From: the human T2T-CHM13v2.0 reference genome, Homo sapiens
Assembly: GCF_009914755.1 (NCBI RefSeq)
Contig: NC_060939.1
Reading direction: 5' to 3' (one strand)
DNA length: 64,000 nt
Each line of letters opens with the position of its first letter. Position 1 is the stretch's first letter. Of the stretch, positions 1 through 11,303 are shown piece by piece. The position numbers and the translations under genes were made by a program. A model generated the notes under the pieces. The model had not been told where the DNA came from, ran no database searches, and saw only the letters and a list, made by a program, of their open reading frames with translations.

Positions 1-590
1 GCCCCGAGCCCCACTCTCGCTCGGCGCCGCGGGCCCTCCCGGCGCTTCCTTCCCCAGCGGTCCGCGGCCCTGGGTGAGGCTCGAAGCCCCGCGCGCTGCC
101 CCTGGCCCTGCAGCACAGCAGTGAGGCCAACCCCGGCCAGAGCGGGCGGCCGTGACGGGCCGTGCCCCGCGCTGTCCCCGGAGTGGATGCGCGACGTGAT
201 CAATCCGCGGCATTTATTAATTCCACAGTCTAGACAGAGGCGGGGGCCGGGCGGCGGCTGCTTATCTGCGTTTGGCATCACCTGCAAGCGATACACCGAG
301 GGGCCGCAACGAGCCCCCGCTAGGAGCGCGGCTGCCGGGAAAATAAGTCCACCCAGAACCAGTCTGGCGTGTCCTTGGTTTATTTTCTTTCCAGACCGAA
401 GTGGAGGGGGTCGGGGGTGGCCCGGGTGGGAGGGAGCTGGGAATGGCCCCTGGATATGCCGTGCCCAGGTCACTTGGTGTGACATTTCAAACCCCTGCGA
501 CTTGTTTTCTTGAAAACTGGCTTTAGTGATCGCAGGAAATAACCGAGAGATACTGAATCTCCAGTAGGCCTCCGGGCAACCGCGCATACA
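1..590. promoter_or_regulatory. CpG island (extends beyond window start; 3' flank of ISL2 by recall)
   Basis: Very high GC and CpG density; embedded homeodomain and GATA motifs. Confidence 0.8.
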
Positions 591-2999
591 CAAAAACAAA
601 AAACCCCAAAAGAAAGAAAGAAAAAAAACCCACGGAGGCTCAGGTTTTACTCTTTACAAATATTTAACCCTTTGGCAGCCTGGGACAGTTCTTTTCCAAG
701 ACCAGCCTTCACTTAGTGGACTGAGGGAGCTTCCCGACTACCAGTTAGTCCACCGCTGTTGTAAGAACATCTGGCGTTGAGTTGTCGTTTCCCTGTCCCT
801 CGAGTTAAGCGACCCACAAGCATATCCTTCTTTGTCCAAGGTTTGTTTTGAAAGTGGGCAACGCCCTAACTGGGTAGGGGATAGTTGCCATCTTAGCTTA
901 GGTAGGGGCTGGCAAGGAAAACGTGTCTGGGGGGCCCTGTAGTCTTCAGATAGAAAAGTAGGTGCCTTCTGTTAGCCATGGCTGCTTGGATGGCCAAAGG
1001 CCACTGTGGGTTTTTCAGCAGCGCTTTTAGCAGAATTCCTTCACACTGCCCCCACCCCACTTGCAGATGATGGAAGGCTTGCTGGCAATTACTGAAAGAA
1101 AATGGGAGGTGGGAAAATGGAGCTGCATTTATATTTTACTTCCTGAATGTCAAGGTGATGCTGGCACAAATATTAAAGGGAACATTCCCCTTCTTTGGGA
1201 TATAGGAAATGCTGCTGCAAACTTAGAGATAAGGGAAGAGATATGCAGAGTTAATGAGGACCAGCTTTACCTCTCAAGTGCCCAGAAATGGCTTTAATAA
1301 TCAGGTCTGGGTTCTTTGAGGCTTCCTTTCTTTAACTTAGACCATTCCTTCCCAACAGAAATACAGATTTCTCCTTTTACCTTCTGGCTGGCCATTAGAT
1401 AGGGGGCTAAAACTTCGAATAAATCTCACTGTCAAAAACTTTTGATTTATCCAGAATATTTGGGTTTTCTCATTTTTTTTAAAAAGGAAATAACAGGTTA
1501 TTGAATAAAGAATTTCATTAATGGTTAATTAGCTCTGAATTTTTGCTTTTGACAGATTGCAGCGTTTTAACGCTATGAATGGAAACGTCTACATTAGTTA
1601 TCTCAACATCTAATTAGTTATCTCTTTCCTCATCATCCATGAATCAAAAATCAAATTCCTCTTTTTGTTATTTATATGATTGTGTCTGTCTTTTTTGAAT
1701 ATTGGGAAGTTACCTAGATAAAAGTGGTTATTGTGTGTTAAGATTCCTGCATCTCTCTGTATCACTGTACAAAACATTACAAGCTTTTCTCTTCCATAGT
1801 TGCTACCCACCCAAAGGGGTGCATCGTTTTCTATGTGGGTTTCCAGGGAAAGGATTCAACTCTGAAGCCTTATTACAGTGGTCCCTAGTGAGGTGTCACA
1901 TCTACGCTTGGTTAGTTACATTAATAAATATCAGTTTTACGGGTTCCCAAGTCATCTTTAAACATCTTTTGTAATACAGTAGGGATTTCCCCATAAATTA
2001 AATTACCTGTAACAATGACAAGTGTTGTATTTTATACTTACTGAACTTTTAATATGAGATACCCAATTGCATAGTAAAAAATTCAATAAAAGAGGCCATA
2101 GGTGGAAAGTGGGAGTTATTTAGCTAGATTCACTTTAGAATACGATTTTCTCAGAAGACTTAACTATTAATTTGGATAGCTCTATGCAATTGAGGAAGGA
2201 AAGGGATTCCCAGAGATAGACAGTTTATGGCTATAAGTTTTTACACAAAATTTAATACATATTGAAAGACTGCATAATTCTGGGAAATTCAGAGTCCCTG
2301 TGGCAGTATTCCCAACAAACTTTAATATTTAATGGATTGTGGAACAGAAATCAGGCTTTGTGTTTTGAATATGGAATAACAAAGCTCAATTTTGTCAGAG
2401 CTGCCAATACAGGGTTTAAATGGATATTGTCTAAGATTGTTCTCTAGAAAATTTGAGGTTCTACCTCTTCTGCCTAGGGGAGGACACAGATGGCCACACA
2501 TTTAGTTAGCTGTGCTTTCTCATGGGTGTTCACCAAAGAGAGTAAGAGAATTAGCCAAATAGCAGCATGCTAGAGAGAGAAACAATGGATGAATATTTGC
2601 AGAGAAGTTCCCAGGGGAGTGGTGATAAAAGCAGGAAATTCAGAGTTTATGAAGCTGATGCGGGAAAGATTAGAGGCTTTTAAATCGGGGTCTGATTGAT
2701 GTAAAAGTAAACTTTCTTGAAAATACTGGGATTCAGTGCAGTAATGAGGATTGTGTGGCCAAGTACAGACTAGCACCTTGTTGATGGAGACTGTGCATGA
2801 AAGATGCAGATGAATAGAGCTAGATTGAGAGTAGTAATGAGAGCAAGAAAGGGCACAAGGAAATACTCCATTGGGATCCAGATGTGGAGTTGGGTAGGGA
2901 GCAGCTCAATGTATACAACACATTTGGGGCCCCAGCAACAATCCAGCCAGAGAGGCGGGAGTGCAAGGTGAATCCAGCCATCTGCCTCGGTACCTCCTG

Positions 3000-4650
3000 G
3001 TCCGGAAGGTCAGAGCCAGCGGGGGAGTGGGTCAAGGCGTAAGCCCAGGGGCCGGCAGGAGCTCAGGAAGGCCGGTTCCCCGTTGGGAAAGAGCGTGTTT
3101 AAGTTAAGGCGTGGTTTGAGAGTAGCTAACCAGAGATCAGGTCAGCTGTTAGGGCGTGGGGGAGGGAGGGGGCAGGGAGCAGGGACGAGGAAGTGGAAGA
3201 ATAGGGGATTGTGAGGAGTGATTTCTTTCCAGATTATCGAGACTCAAGACTTTCCAGAACGTGGCAAAGAGCCCTGGAAGAAATGTCCCAGGAACGCCGC
3301 GGTCAGGACCGAGGCTCCCCGGGGCCAGGTTCAGGGTTCGAGGTCCCAGCCTCGCAACTGCTGGCGTCTGGAGGGCGGGAGAGTGGCCGGGCCCGAAGCT
3401 GCGGCTCCGACGTACAGTTGCGAGTCTGGGGCGGTGGGCCCCGCAGAGCTCCGGGGGAAGGGAGCCGCCGCCGCTGCGGGGAATTGGCTTGGGCAACGCC
3501 GCTGAGTGTTCAAACGTCGCTGCTCCCGGGCCTTGGGCAGCCTCTCCTACCTGACCCAAATTCTGGGCTGCAAAGCCCGGGCGAAGTTGTCGCTTTCACT
3601 CCGAATACGCCCAGTCGCACCGTCAACTTCATAGGCTGGGCCCGGCAGAGGCCTTTCGCCTCCGCCCAGCGGTCTCCGCTGCGGCCCCTCAGCCTCTGGA
3701 GAGCCGGGGGGCGGCCCTCGCCCCGGCAGAAAGCAACCTGTGGCGGCACTGCGTCCCCGCGAGCTACAACCAGACGCGGCCGCGCTCACCTGGGCGTTGC
3801 GCTCCCCCGAGCCCCGGAGAGTTTAGAAGCCGTAAAAGCCCGGGGAGCTGGAGCTTAAATCGCCCGGACCGGGCCGGGGCGCCCGAAAGCAGTGAACTCG
3901 AGACCCCCAGGAACCGCGTGCGCCGGGAGGCACCGGGACGCTCCCGGGCCCGAGCCGCGCAGGCTCCCGGCTGGGTGGGGCCTGGGTTTGCTTCTTACGC
4001 CTCCTCCTCTCCGGGACGAGGGGGCAATGAGACCGTTCAATTAAATGTTTAATTGAGAATTCTGGTATGGTTTCTGGGAGGTTAGTCACAGCTGTCTCAA
4101 TTATTTATGGCTTTTGGCAAATTTCCGACCAGATAAGTATATTCTATTGTGAAGCATCTTGCAGGAAATCTTATAAATACTTGATGATTCCTTTCAGCTG
4201 CAAGGATCCTGCGTCCGAGAGCGCGGGGCCAGCGAGCTTTGGGAACTCCTATCCCTAGTGTGGAAGGAGCCTGCGGCCGACACTTGCCTCCGTACCCCGG
4301 GGCCGCTCGCTGGGCCCGCGGCAGCCCCCGCCTGGGAGGAGCATTGGGGGCGCCAGGGGCTACCCCTCGGTCTCGCAGGCGCGGAACTCAGCCCGGCCCT
4401 GCGGCTCCGGGAGTTGCTGAGCACTCGCGGCCAGCGGCTGGAGTCCTGGGTCCCGCTCTCTGGTGCCCGGCGGCGGAGTCGCCACGCGAGGCTGGAGGGG
4501 TGGCCCTAAAGCCCGTCCCTCTGGCTTGGAGCTGCGGGTCCCCGCCCTCGAGCCGGAGCGCCGCGCTGGACACCCGCGGGGTGGGGGCTCGGCTGGGCTG
4601 AGCCACGGAGACGCCAGGGTCCCGCGGTGGCGGGGGCGCCGATCGCACTT
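3000..4650. promoter_or_regulatory. Intergenic CpG island just downstream of the SCAPER 3' end
   Basis: ~1.6 kb GC/CpG-rich; overlapping Pro/Gly/Arg-rich spurious ORFs in many frames; no splice-linked coding signal. Confidence 0.9.
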
Positions 4651-5082
4651 GGAGGAGCTTTTTTTTTTTTAATCATACCTTTTAATTTTCTGTTTGCAAA
4701 GAAGTAAAAAATAGCAAATATGTAACCCGGCAGCTCTGTGAGGCTCCAAAAAGAAGGGTCCAGAACACTAGGTGGGTAAGTTTGCTTTTGAAAAACATAC
4801 AACTTCTGTATTTTCCAGTCCCTCCCCGCCCCGCAGTGTCGAGTCGAATACATTTTCAGATCTTTTTCCCCAACCGGATCTTTTTTCTTGGTAATGTTTG
4901 ATCAGTATCTGACAGAAATTACTACTGATGTCACTCAGTGAACGGCTTAGCACTGACCATCGGCTTAGTGAAGAAACGATGAGAACAAGACATGAAAAGG
5001 TCAACATCTCCAGGCAGACACTGAGAGGTGCACAGGAGTTATGTGAAACTCATTCAGAACCATCGCGACTTTCTGTGTGACT

Positions 5083-5088
5083 TTTATT
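5083..5088 (-). terminator. Distal poly(A) signal AATAAA
   Basis: tttatt on the plus strand; last canonical hexamer before the CpG island. Confidence 0.7.
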
Positions 5089-5363
5089 TCAGCGTTGCTT
5101 CATTTCACAACCATGTGAGAAAATACTCTAGGGTGATTCACTAGGACACATCTTTTTTATCACTAATTTTTCCTTAGGAGAGTAATTTCAGCTCGGCAAT
5201 GCCAAGAGAGGATTATCTGCTAGGAGAGTTCGGGCAGACCAATGAATACAACGCCCTAAGTTGATTTCAAATAGCCCCCAAACATATTATGTAGTCAGAA
5301 TGCAAAAGTGTTGCAAATATCTTTACCGTAGACCTTAAAAAGTTAAATTTAGAGCAGGTAAAC

Positions 5364-5381
5364 TTTAATTAAGTCTTTATT
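5364..5381 (-). terminator. Poly(A) signals AATAAA (5381-5376) and ATTAAA (5369-5364)
   Basis: Two hexamers in tandem followed by U-rich sequence on the minus strand. Confidence 0.7.
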
Positions 5382-5472
5382 TAAGATACTTCAAGAGCTG
5401 GAGTTAACATTTTTCTTTCAGATTCGTATTTCCTTAACATGAAAAGTCAACAATGAAAACAGAATAAGTTAC

Positions 5473-5478
5473 TTTATT
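5473..5478 (-). terminator. Proximal poly(A) signal AATAAA
   Basis: Hexamer followed by GU/U-rich TTCTGTTTTCATTGTTGACTTTT. Confidence 0.5.
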
Positions 5479-5795
5479 ACAAGAACAAAACAGACTTGCT
5501 AATTTTATGTCTCCTTTCACCCATATCACAAATGCAAAGTATATATTATCATAAGATGGAAATTACCAAACTCCAAGATACTCTGCATAAATGAAATAAA
5601 CTCAACTTGCAAAATTAGCAAGTAGAACATTCAAGTATCTACAGTCATTATAAATAGTGTAAAGTACATGCCATATCTACAGTGTGGGAAGAGTATAAAC
5701 ATGGGAAAATGAGTTCTTAAGGAACAATTAGAATGTTTGTTTGGACAATTTAAAATATTAACAAGGGTACTCAAATACAGAATCAACCAAAACAT

Positions 5796-5899
5796 TTATT
5801 TTTTCTCTTTTTTCAAGAAAAACTGTCGAGCTTCTTCCCAGGCCTGCTGAGGAAATCTGTTAGCCAGCTCAAGATAGTCTTGGGAACCAAGGCATTTCC
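5796..5899 (-). CDS. SCAPER: SCAPER last exon, coding part: (G)KCLGSQDYLELANRFPQQAWEEARQFFLKKEKK-stop
   Basis: Acceptor TTTTATCCCCCTCTCAG|GG, TAA at 5798-5796; recognised SCAPER C-terminus (ORF 5796..6065). Confidence 0.96.
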
Positions 5900-6204
5900 C
5901 TGAGAGGGGGATAAAAGAGAAAAAAGTTAAATAAAAGAGGGTTAAATTCTTTGAAGATTCATAAATTAAACTTATTTTGATATCTGAGTATAAAATGGAG
6001 ATATCCACTTCAAATAAACCATGACACAATTTAGGTAAATAAGGTGATTGATCTATATGTATCAATCTATCTGTAGTATAAAATATATGACATATATTTT
6101 AACCACAATCCAGTTTGTCCTTTAACATATTCAGACATTAACCCCTATATAAATTACAAAAAGATGTTTTTGGACTCCACAATGAGAAAAAAATTAGCAA
6201 CCAG

Positions 6205-6395
6205 GCAAGCACAGTGGTGCGCGCCTGTAGTCCCAGCTATTTGGAAGGCTGAAGTCGGGGGAATGCTTGAGCCCAGGAGTTAGAGGCTATAGTTTGCTAT
6301 GATCGCACCTGTGAGTAGCCATTGCACTCCAGGATAGGCAACATAGAGAGACCCTGTCTCAAAAAAAACAAAAAACAAAAAACAAAAAAAAGAAC
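6205..6395 (+). mobile_element. Alu monomer (FRAM/AluJ right arm) with A-rich tail
   Basis: gtggtgcgcgcctgtagtcccagcta...gagaccctgtctc + (CAAAAAA)n. Confidence 0.85.
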
Positions 6396-7528
6396 AAACT
6401 AAAATGACAGTCCTATATTCTATCCTTAAGTTAGCCATGAAAGGGGAAAACTGTATGTAAATGATGACGTTTTCTGAAAGTCTATTTAATTTAAAACATG
6501 AATGTAGTTTTAAGTATATCTTTAAAATTATTCAAATATAGCACAGCCTATCTAACAAAGCAGTAGGAATGAATGATAGGAGCTTTACTGGCCAGTGACA
6601 TAGGTAAAGTAAACAATTGCAGCTAGACAGGCAGTAGGTATTTGAAAACCAAAATTCTTCCTGGGCAATAGGAATGTGGTATTACCAAGAGCTGCTTTTA
6701 TATTTAAAGGTTTACCTGGACAATGAACTCAAAATATCTTGAGACATTTTATGAGGACTTAATCTAGGCAAAAGGGGAACAAATACCCAAGGTGCAAACT
6801 GGCAACTTAGGCATCATCATTAAAAAAAAAAATCAAGCAACATATTATGAGCTGTCATTAACATAGTGATGACCCTTTCTGAGCAAAGGAGAGACCAATT
6901 CCCCCTTTGCTGTTCTGTGGGTTAAGCCTACTGTAACTGGGGGAAAGCATGAAAATCAGGGAAGATGGTCCCTTGGAAAAGAAAGAAGGTTGAGACTTCC
7001 ACAGGCCTCAGTCCACCAAGCAGAGAGAGGCAGCTTCTGGGACTGTGTCTTCCAGACAATGTAACAAATTGTGACTCATCTTTATGATCAGGAGAAAGAG
7101 TAAGAAAAAAATGCTTATACTTCTTAGTGGCAAACAAAACAAAACAAAACTGCTGTACAATTGAAAATAAATACATTAGATTTTTCTAAGCATTTTAATT
7201 TATTCAAAATGAAATTGTTTTGTAAGAACAGTAACACATTTTGCTGATTTCTCCCCAAGTATCCTCCAGTAGTTAAAACAAAACAAAACAAAAAAAGGGC
7301 TGTGACTGGGTCAGGGCAGAACTGAACTTGCAGACTAATTCTTGCTCAGACAAATGGTACCGACAAGGATGTGGACTTGAATTTCTGAAAAGTTGCATAG
7401 CTTTCTGTTTAACTTTTCTGGGTGCCTGAGTCAATAAAACGTCTTTTTTTTTTCTTTTCATGATATTGTAATAGCTTTAGTTATATTTTCTTCTGTGCAC
7501 TTTTCAACACCTGTCCACTGTAGAGGAC

Positions 7529-7530
<2 letters not shown>

Positions 7531-7560
<30 letters not shown>
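7531..7560. repeat. (TG)15 microsatellite
   Basis: Direct reading. Confidence 0.97.
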
Positions 7561-7565
<5 letters not shown>

Positions 7566-8400
7566 GTCCAAGGTAACACCCCCACCCCCACCAAGTAAGG
7601 GTTTCTTGGTGGGTGCCCTAAAGGGTCCTGCTGGGAGTGTACCTCTAAATGGCCACTTTAAAGACTATCAAACTAATGGAAGAATTGAAGAAGATCTGGA
7701 TTAGGTTCTCATTCATCAGAGATGCTGTCATAACACCCAAAGAGCAACTTGTACTTCTCAATTACAGTCTGGGTAGCAGAATATTTAAAAAAGTAAAAAT
7801 GTGGTAAAAATTCTACATCTCTAACTCTGATCACAGCAAACACCCCAGCAGGAATGCTATAGGAAAAAAAAACAACTTGTAAATCTTTTGCCCTGGACTT
7901 TGCCAATTAGATGACTTTTTCTCCATGTAAAACAATTATTTTCAAAACAAAAGTTCAACTACTTGAACTTGGGGGGAAACTGTGGGCTACTATTACTGAT
8001 AACTTTATTCTGAACATGGATAAGGAACCAAACCTATGTGATTTCAGCATTTATGTGAGAAATGTGGGCCAGTATTAATGATCTGGCTCCTGTATTACAA
8101 AGCGGCTCTTTAGTAATTATTTACCATTTAATATATCTTGCATGAGATGATTATAAATTATACAAAGATATTTGTGCTTTTCTTTTACTCCCACAGATTT
8201 CTATACATATTTGGATGCATTCATGCTTCATGACAAAATCGATTTCTTTACTTACTGAAATATACTTGGTATCTGAATCTCAAATATTTTTAGGTTATGT
8301 ATAAAATTTTACATATAATGTAGCAGTTCCAGAGGAAAGGATAAGAAAGATGTCCATTTGGCTAACAAACACATGAAATTTAATTTCAATAGAGACATAC

Positions 8401-8452
8401 CTTTGGGTTGGTAAGGCTGGTTTTCCGCTTGACCTGGAGTCTGTGCCAAATC
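8401..8452 (-). CDS. SCAPER: SCAPER penultimate exon, 52 nt: DLAQTPGQAENQPYQPK(G)
   Basis: Acceptor TTTTCTCTCCTCATACAG|GAT, donor AAAG|GTATGT; 17 codons + 1 nt supplies the phase needed by the last exon (G|GG). Confidence 0.93.
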
Positions 8453-9269
8453 CTGTATGAGGAGAGAAAAGTGTTTTTCTATCAATGCTATGAACAGAGA
8501 ATTTCACTAAGGGTGGCTTTAAATATACTTCTGATTCATGCAACCACTTTTGTATGAATATTTTGGGGCCCAAATATAAACGCTGAAGAAACTGATGTTA
8601 CGTAGTGCAGGTTCTCATAAATAGTAATGACTTACATCTTGCTAAATTATCACCAGGGGACAACTTGCTGCCTACTTTGGAAATTACAACTTTTTATCTA
8701 ATAAAACTAAAATTTAAGCCAAATTTACTATCTTAAAATATCAACAGGTGTTGATCATTTTTTTAAAAAGTACAAATATGAAAGCTCTATGTATTCTGCA
8801 GCTAAATCTTAAAGTCTGGTAATTTTGCATGTAGATGGAAAATGAAAAATGTAATATAAAATATGTAAATCTTCAGAAACCTAAGACAACCAGCTGCTAT
8901 TTTAATATCATTTTCTAGTAACTCAGTTATAATGTAACACATAAGAGACCTTGAGGAACCACATTATAAACTAAAATCCTATCTATATTCATTCTCTTGA
9001 GCACAATTATTTATAGAAAAAAACTTGATTTAACTCTACAAGTCTAATATGCTATCTGAAATAAACAATATAAGAAATTTTTTTTAGCATTTACAAAATT
9101 TATGTTACAGATTTTTTTTGTAAGACAAAGGTAGACTTAGTACTTTGTGATCAATATCAGATAAACACAAGAAATATATATAATCTTTAGATCCTGATAT
9201 CATTTGTATCATTATAAGTCATTGTCTATGCAGTTGAAAACATAAGGAACTAAGCTGATACAGATGTGA

Positions 9270-9600
9270 AATTGGTTTCGCTCAAACATCACTGTCTCTT
9301 TGTTGAAGCCTCTCTGCCCACATCATAAAAACCTGCACATCATCTCCCTGAAGTCCCTAGCTCCTTTTCCTGCCTTACTTTTCTCCACAGCACTTATTGC
9401 CATAGCACTTAGCATAGTATCTGACATACTATTTGTTTTACTAATTTTTTTTTTGTCTTTTGCTTGACTCTTCTCCACTTTAATGAAAGATCTGTGAAGG
9501 CAGGAATTTTTATCTGTTTTATTTGTTGCTGTATTTGCAGTGCCCAGCACACCTTACACACTCAAAAATTACCTGTTCAATAAAAGAATGAATAATCTGA
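9270..9600 (+). mobile_element. L2 3' fragment
   Basis: tgtgaaggcaggaatttt...cagtgcccagcac...aaagaatgaat, typical L2 3' end. Confidence 0.7.
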
Positions 9601-9635
9601 ATTTAGAAAGAGCACACTCTTAAAATTATCCATAA

Positions 9636-9911
<276 letters not shown>

Positions 9912-11111
9912 CCATAATGTATTTTCTATTTAATTTAATCCTAAGGCTCTAAAAATATATGAAGAATCCTAAGTGTTGATATGATGTTATATACTGTAAA
10001 ATTTTCTTAAGATATTAACTATAAGACAGTTTTTGAAATCCATATTTGTAGATCTAAATATCTAATTTAACTTTTTTTCCAGAAAATAAAACGTAGATTC
10101 AAACAGAACAATTAAGCCGAAAACAAAACTTTTCTAACATAATTGATCTAGTTGCGTTTATTAATTATCTAATACAGGATAGTTTGGAAAACATAAACTT
10201 TGAAATGTTGTCTAAGATGAAGAGGGCTCGGGGAACTCCTTAGCTATCCTCTAGTTCCCAGCCAGCTGGGTACTATCATATCCTTTTGACAGAGATAGAT
10301 GTATATTCACCAGAATATGGAAGAATACTAATACAGAACTCTGCTTTCTGTTTCATTATTCTGAAGACCAGAAAGTACTGTCTACTCATCACATGTGTGT
10401 CATGGAGCAAAAACACATCTTATGGTGGAACATGTGAAAGAAATGGGAGATTTTCAGCAAATAATGCTCTATAATGACAAAAAGAAATTCACAGGATGAG
10501 TTAGTTAGTAGCAAATGTTAAAGCATAGTCAACTTGGTTTTTCAGCTGACTAAGTTAATTTAGATGTGGAAATAGTACTTTGCTATGGCACTAATTCTGA
10601 TTCTAGCCCTACAGAATTTAAAATATAAGGCTGTACTTAAAAGTTGTTTTACATTAAAAAAATCAATATAACAGGTTTTTATTTTATACATATAAGAAAA
10701 TCATATTTATTTAAAAATGTACAAATAAACTAATTTTAATTCATCTTTCTTCAGTAATTATCTATTTCCTATAGTTAGAATAAAAGCAAGATAAATACAA
10801 TAGTTAAAGCCTTAAAGAAGTCTGGCAGTCTTTTAAAAACATTTCCTGAGTACGGGTTACCATTTCATTAACTAGAAAAGTATCCTTTCTTTGAAATCCT
10901 CCAAGTAGAAATTATACAACACCCAATCGCAGTTCCAGTAATATTTCAGAAACTATGCTGATATTTTAGAAATCAATTTTGGAGCACATAAATATGTGAA
11001 GATTTTAAAAGGTAGTATGGAAGGCAAAAATAAACAGCTGGCTTACTTTTACATTTCTGTCGCATTAGTTTACACACAAAGCTAGACAATTACGTATAAT
11101 GTAGAAGGTAC

Positions 11112-11303
11112 CTGAATGAAAGTGGCCAGTAAAACACAGCTCATCTCTTGCTCCAGAATGATCTTGTTCTGATGGTTGTTGTAACAAGCAGCGATAAGTG
11201 AAGGGAACAGTACTTTGATCAGCCGTGGGTCACTGAAATACTGGAAGGGCAACTGGCAGAGCTTCTGCAGCACTGTGGGGTGGCGGCCGGACTGCACGAT
11301 CAC
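11112..11303 (-). CDS. SCAPER: SCAPER coding exon, 192 nt, phase 0/0: VIVQSGRHPTVLQKLCQLPFQYFSDPRLIKVLFPSLIAACYNNHQNKIILEQEMSCVLLATFIQ
   Basis: Acceptor CTCTTCCATTTCAG|GTG, donor ATTCAG|GTACCT; peptide in ORF 11082..11396. Confidence 0.96.

Larger units (their letters stand above)
5065..5795 (-). other. SCAPER: SCAPER 3'UTR (AU-rich; distal end approximate)
   Basis: Follows the stop codon; repeat-free AT-rich sequence ending ~15-20 nt after the most distal AATAAA (5088-5083). Confidence 0.8.

Noticed and set aside
1-600. ISL2 coding exon or homeobox
   Set aside because: No LIM or homeodomain peptide visible; ISL2 is inferred to lie upstream of the window, so it is not annotated as a feature
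3149-4672. Many overlapping ORFs up to 215 aa in the CpG island (also 121..513)
   Set aside because: Pro/Gly/Arg/Ala-rich, present in many frames on both strands, many with non-ATG starts; expected from stop-codon scarcity in GC-rich DNA; no recognisable protein
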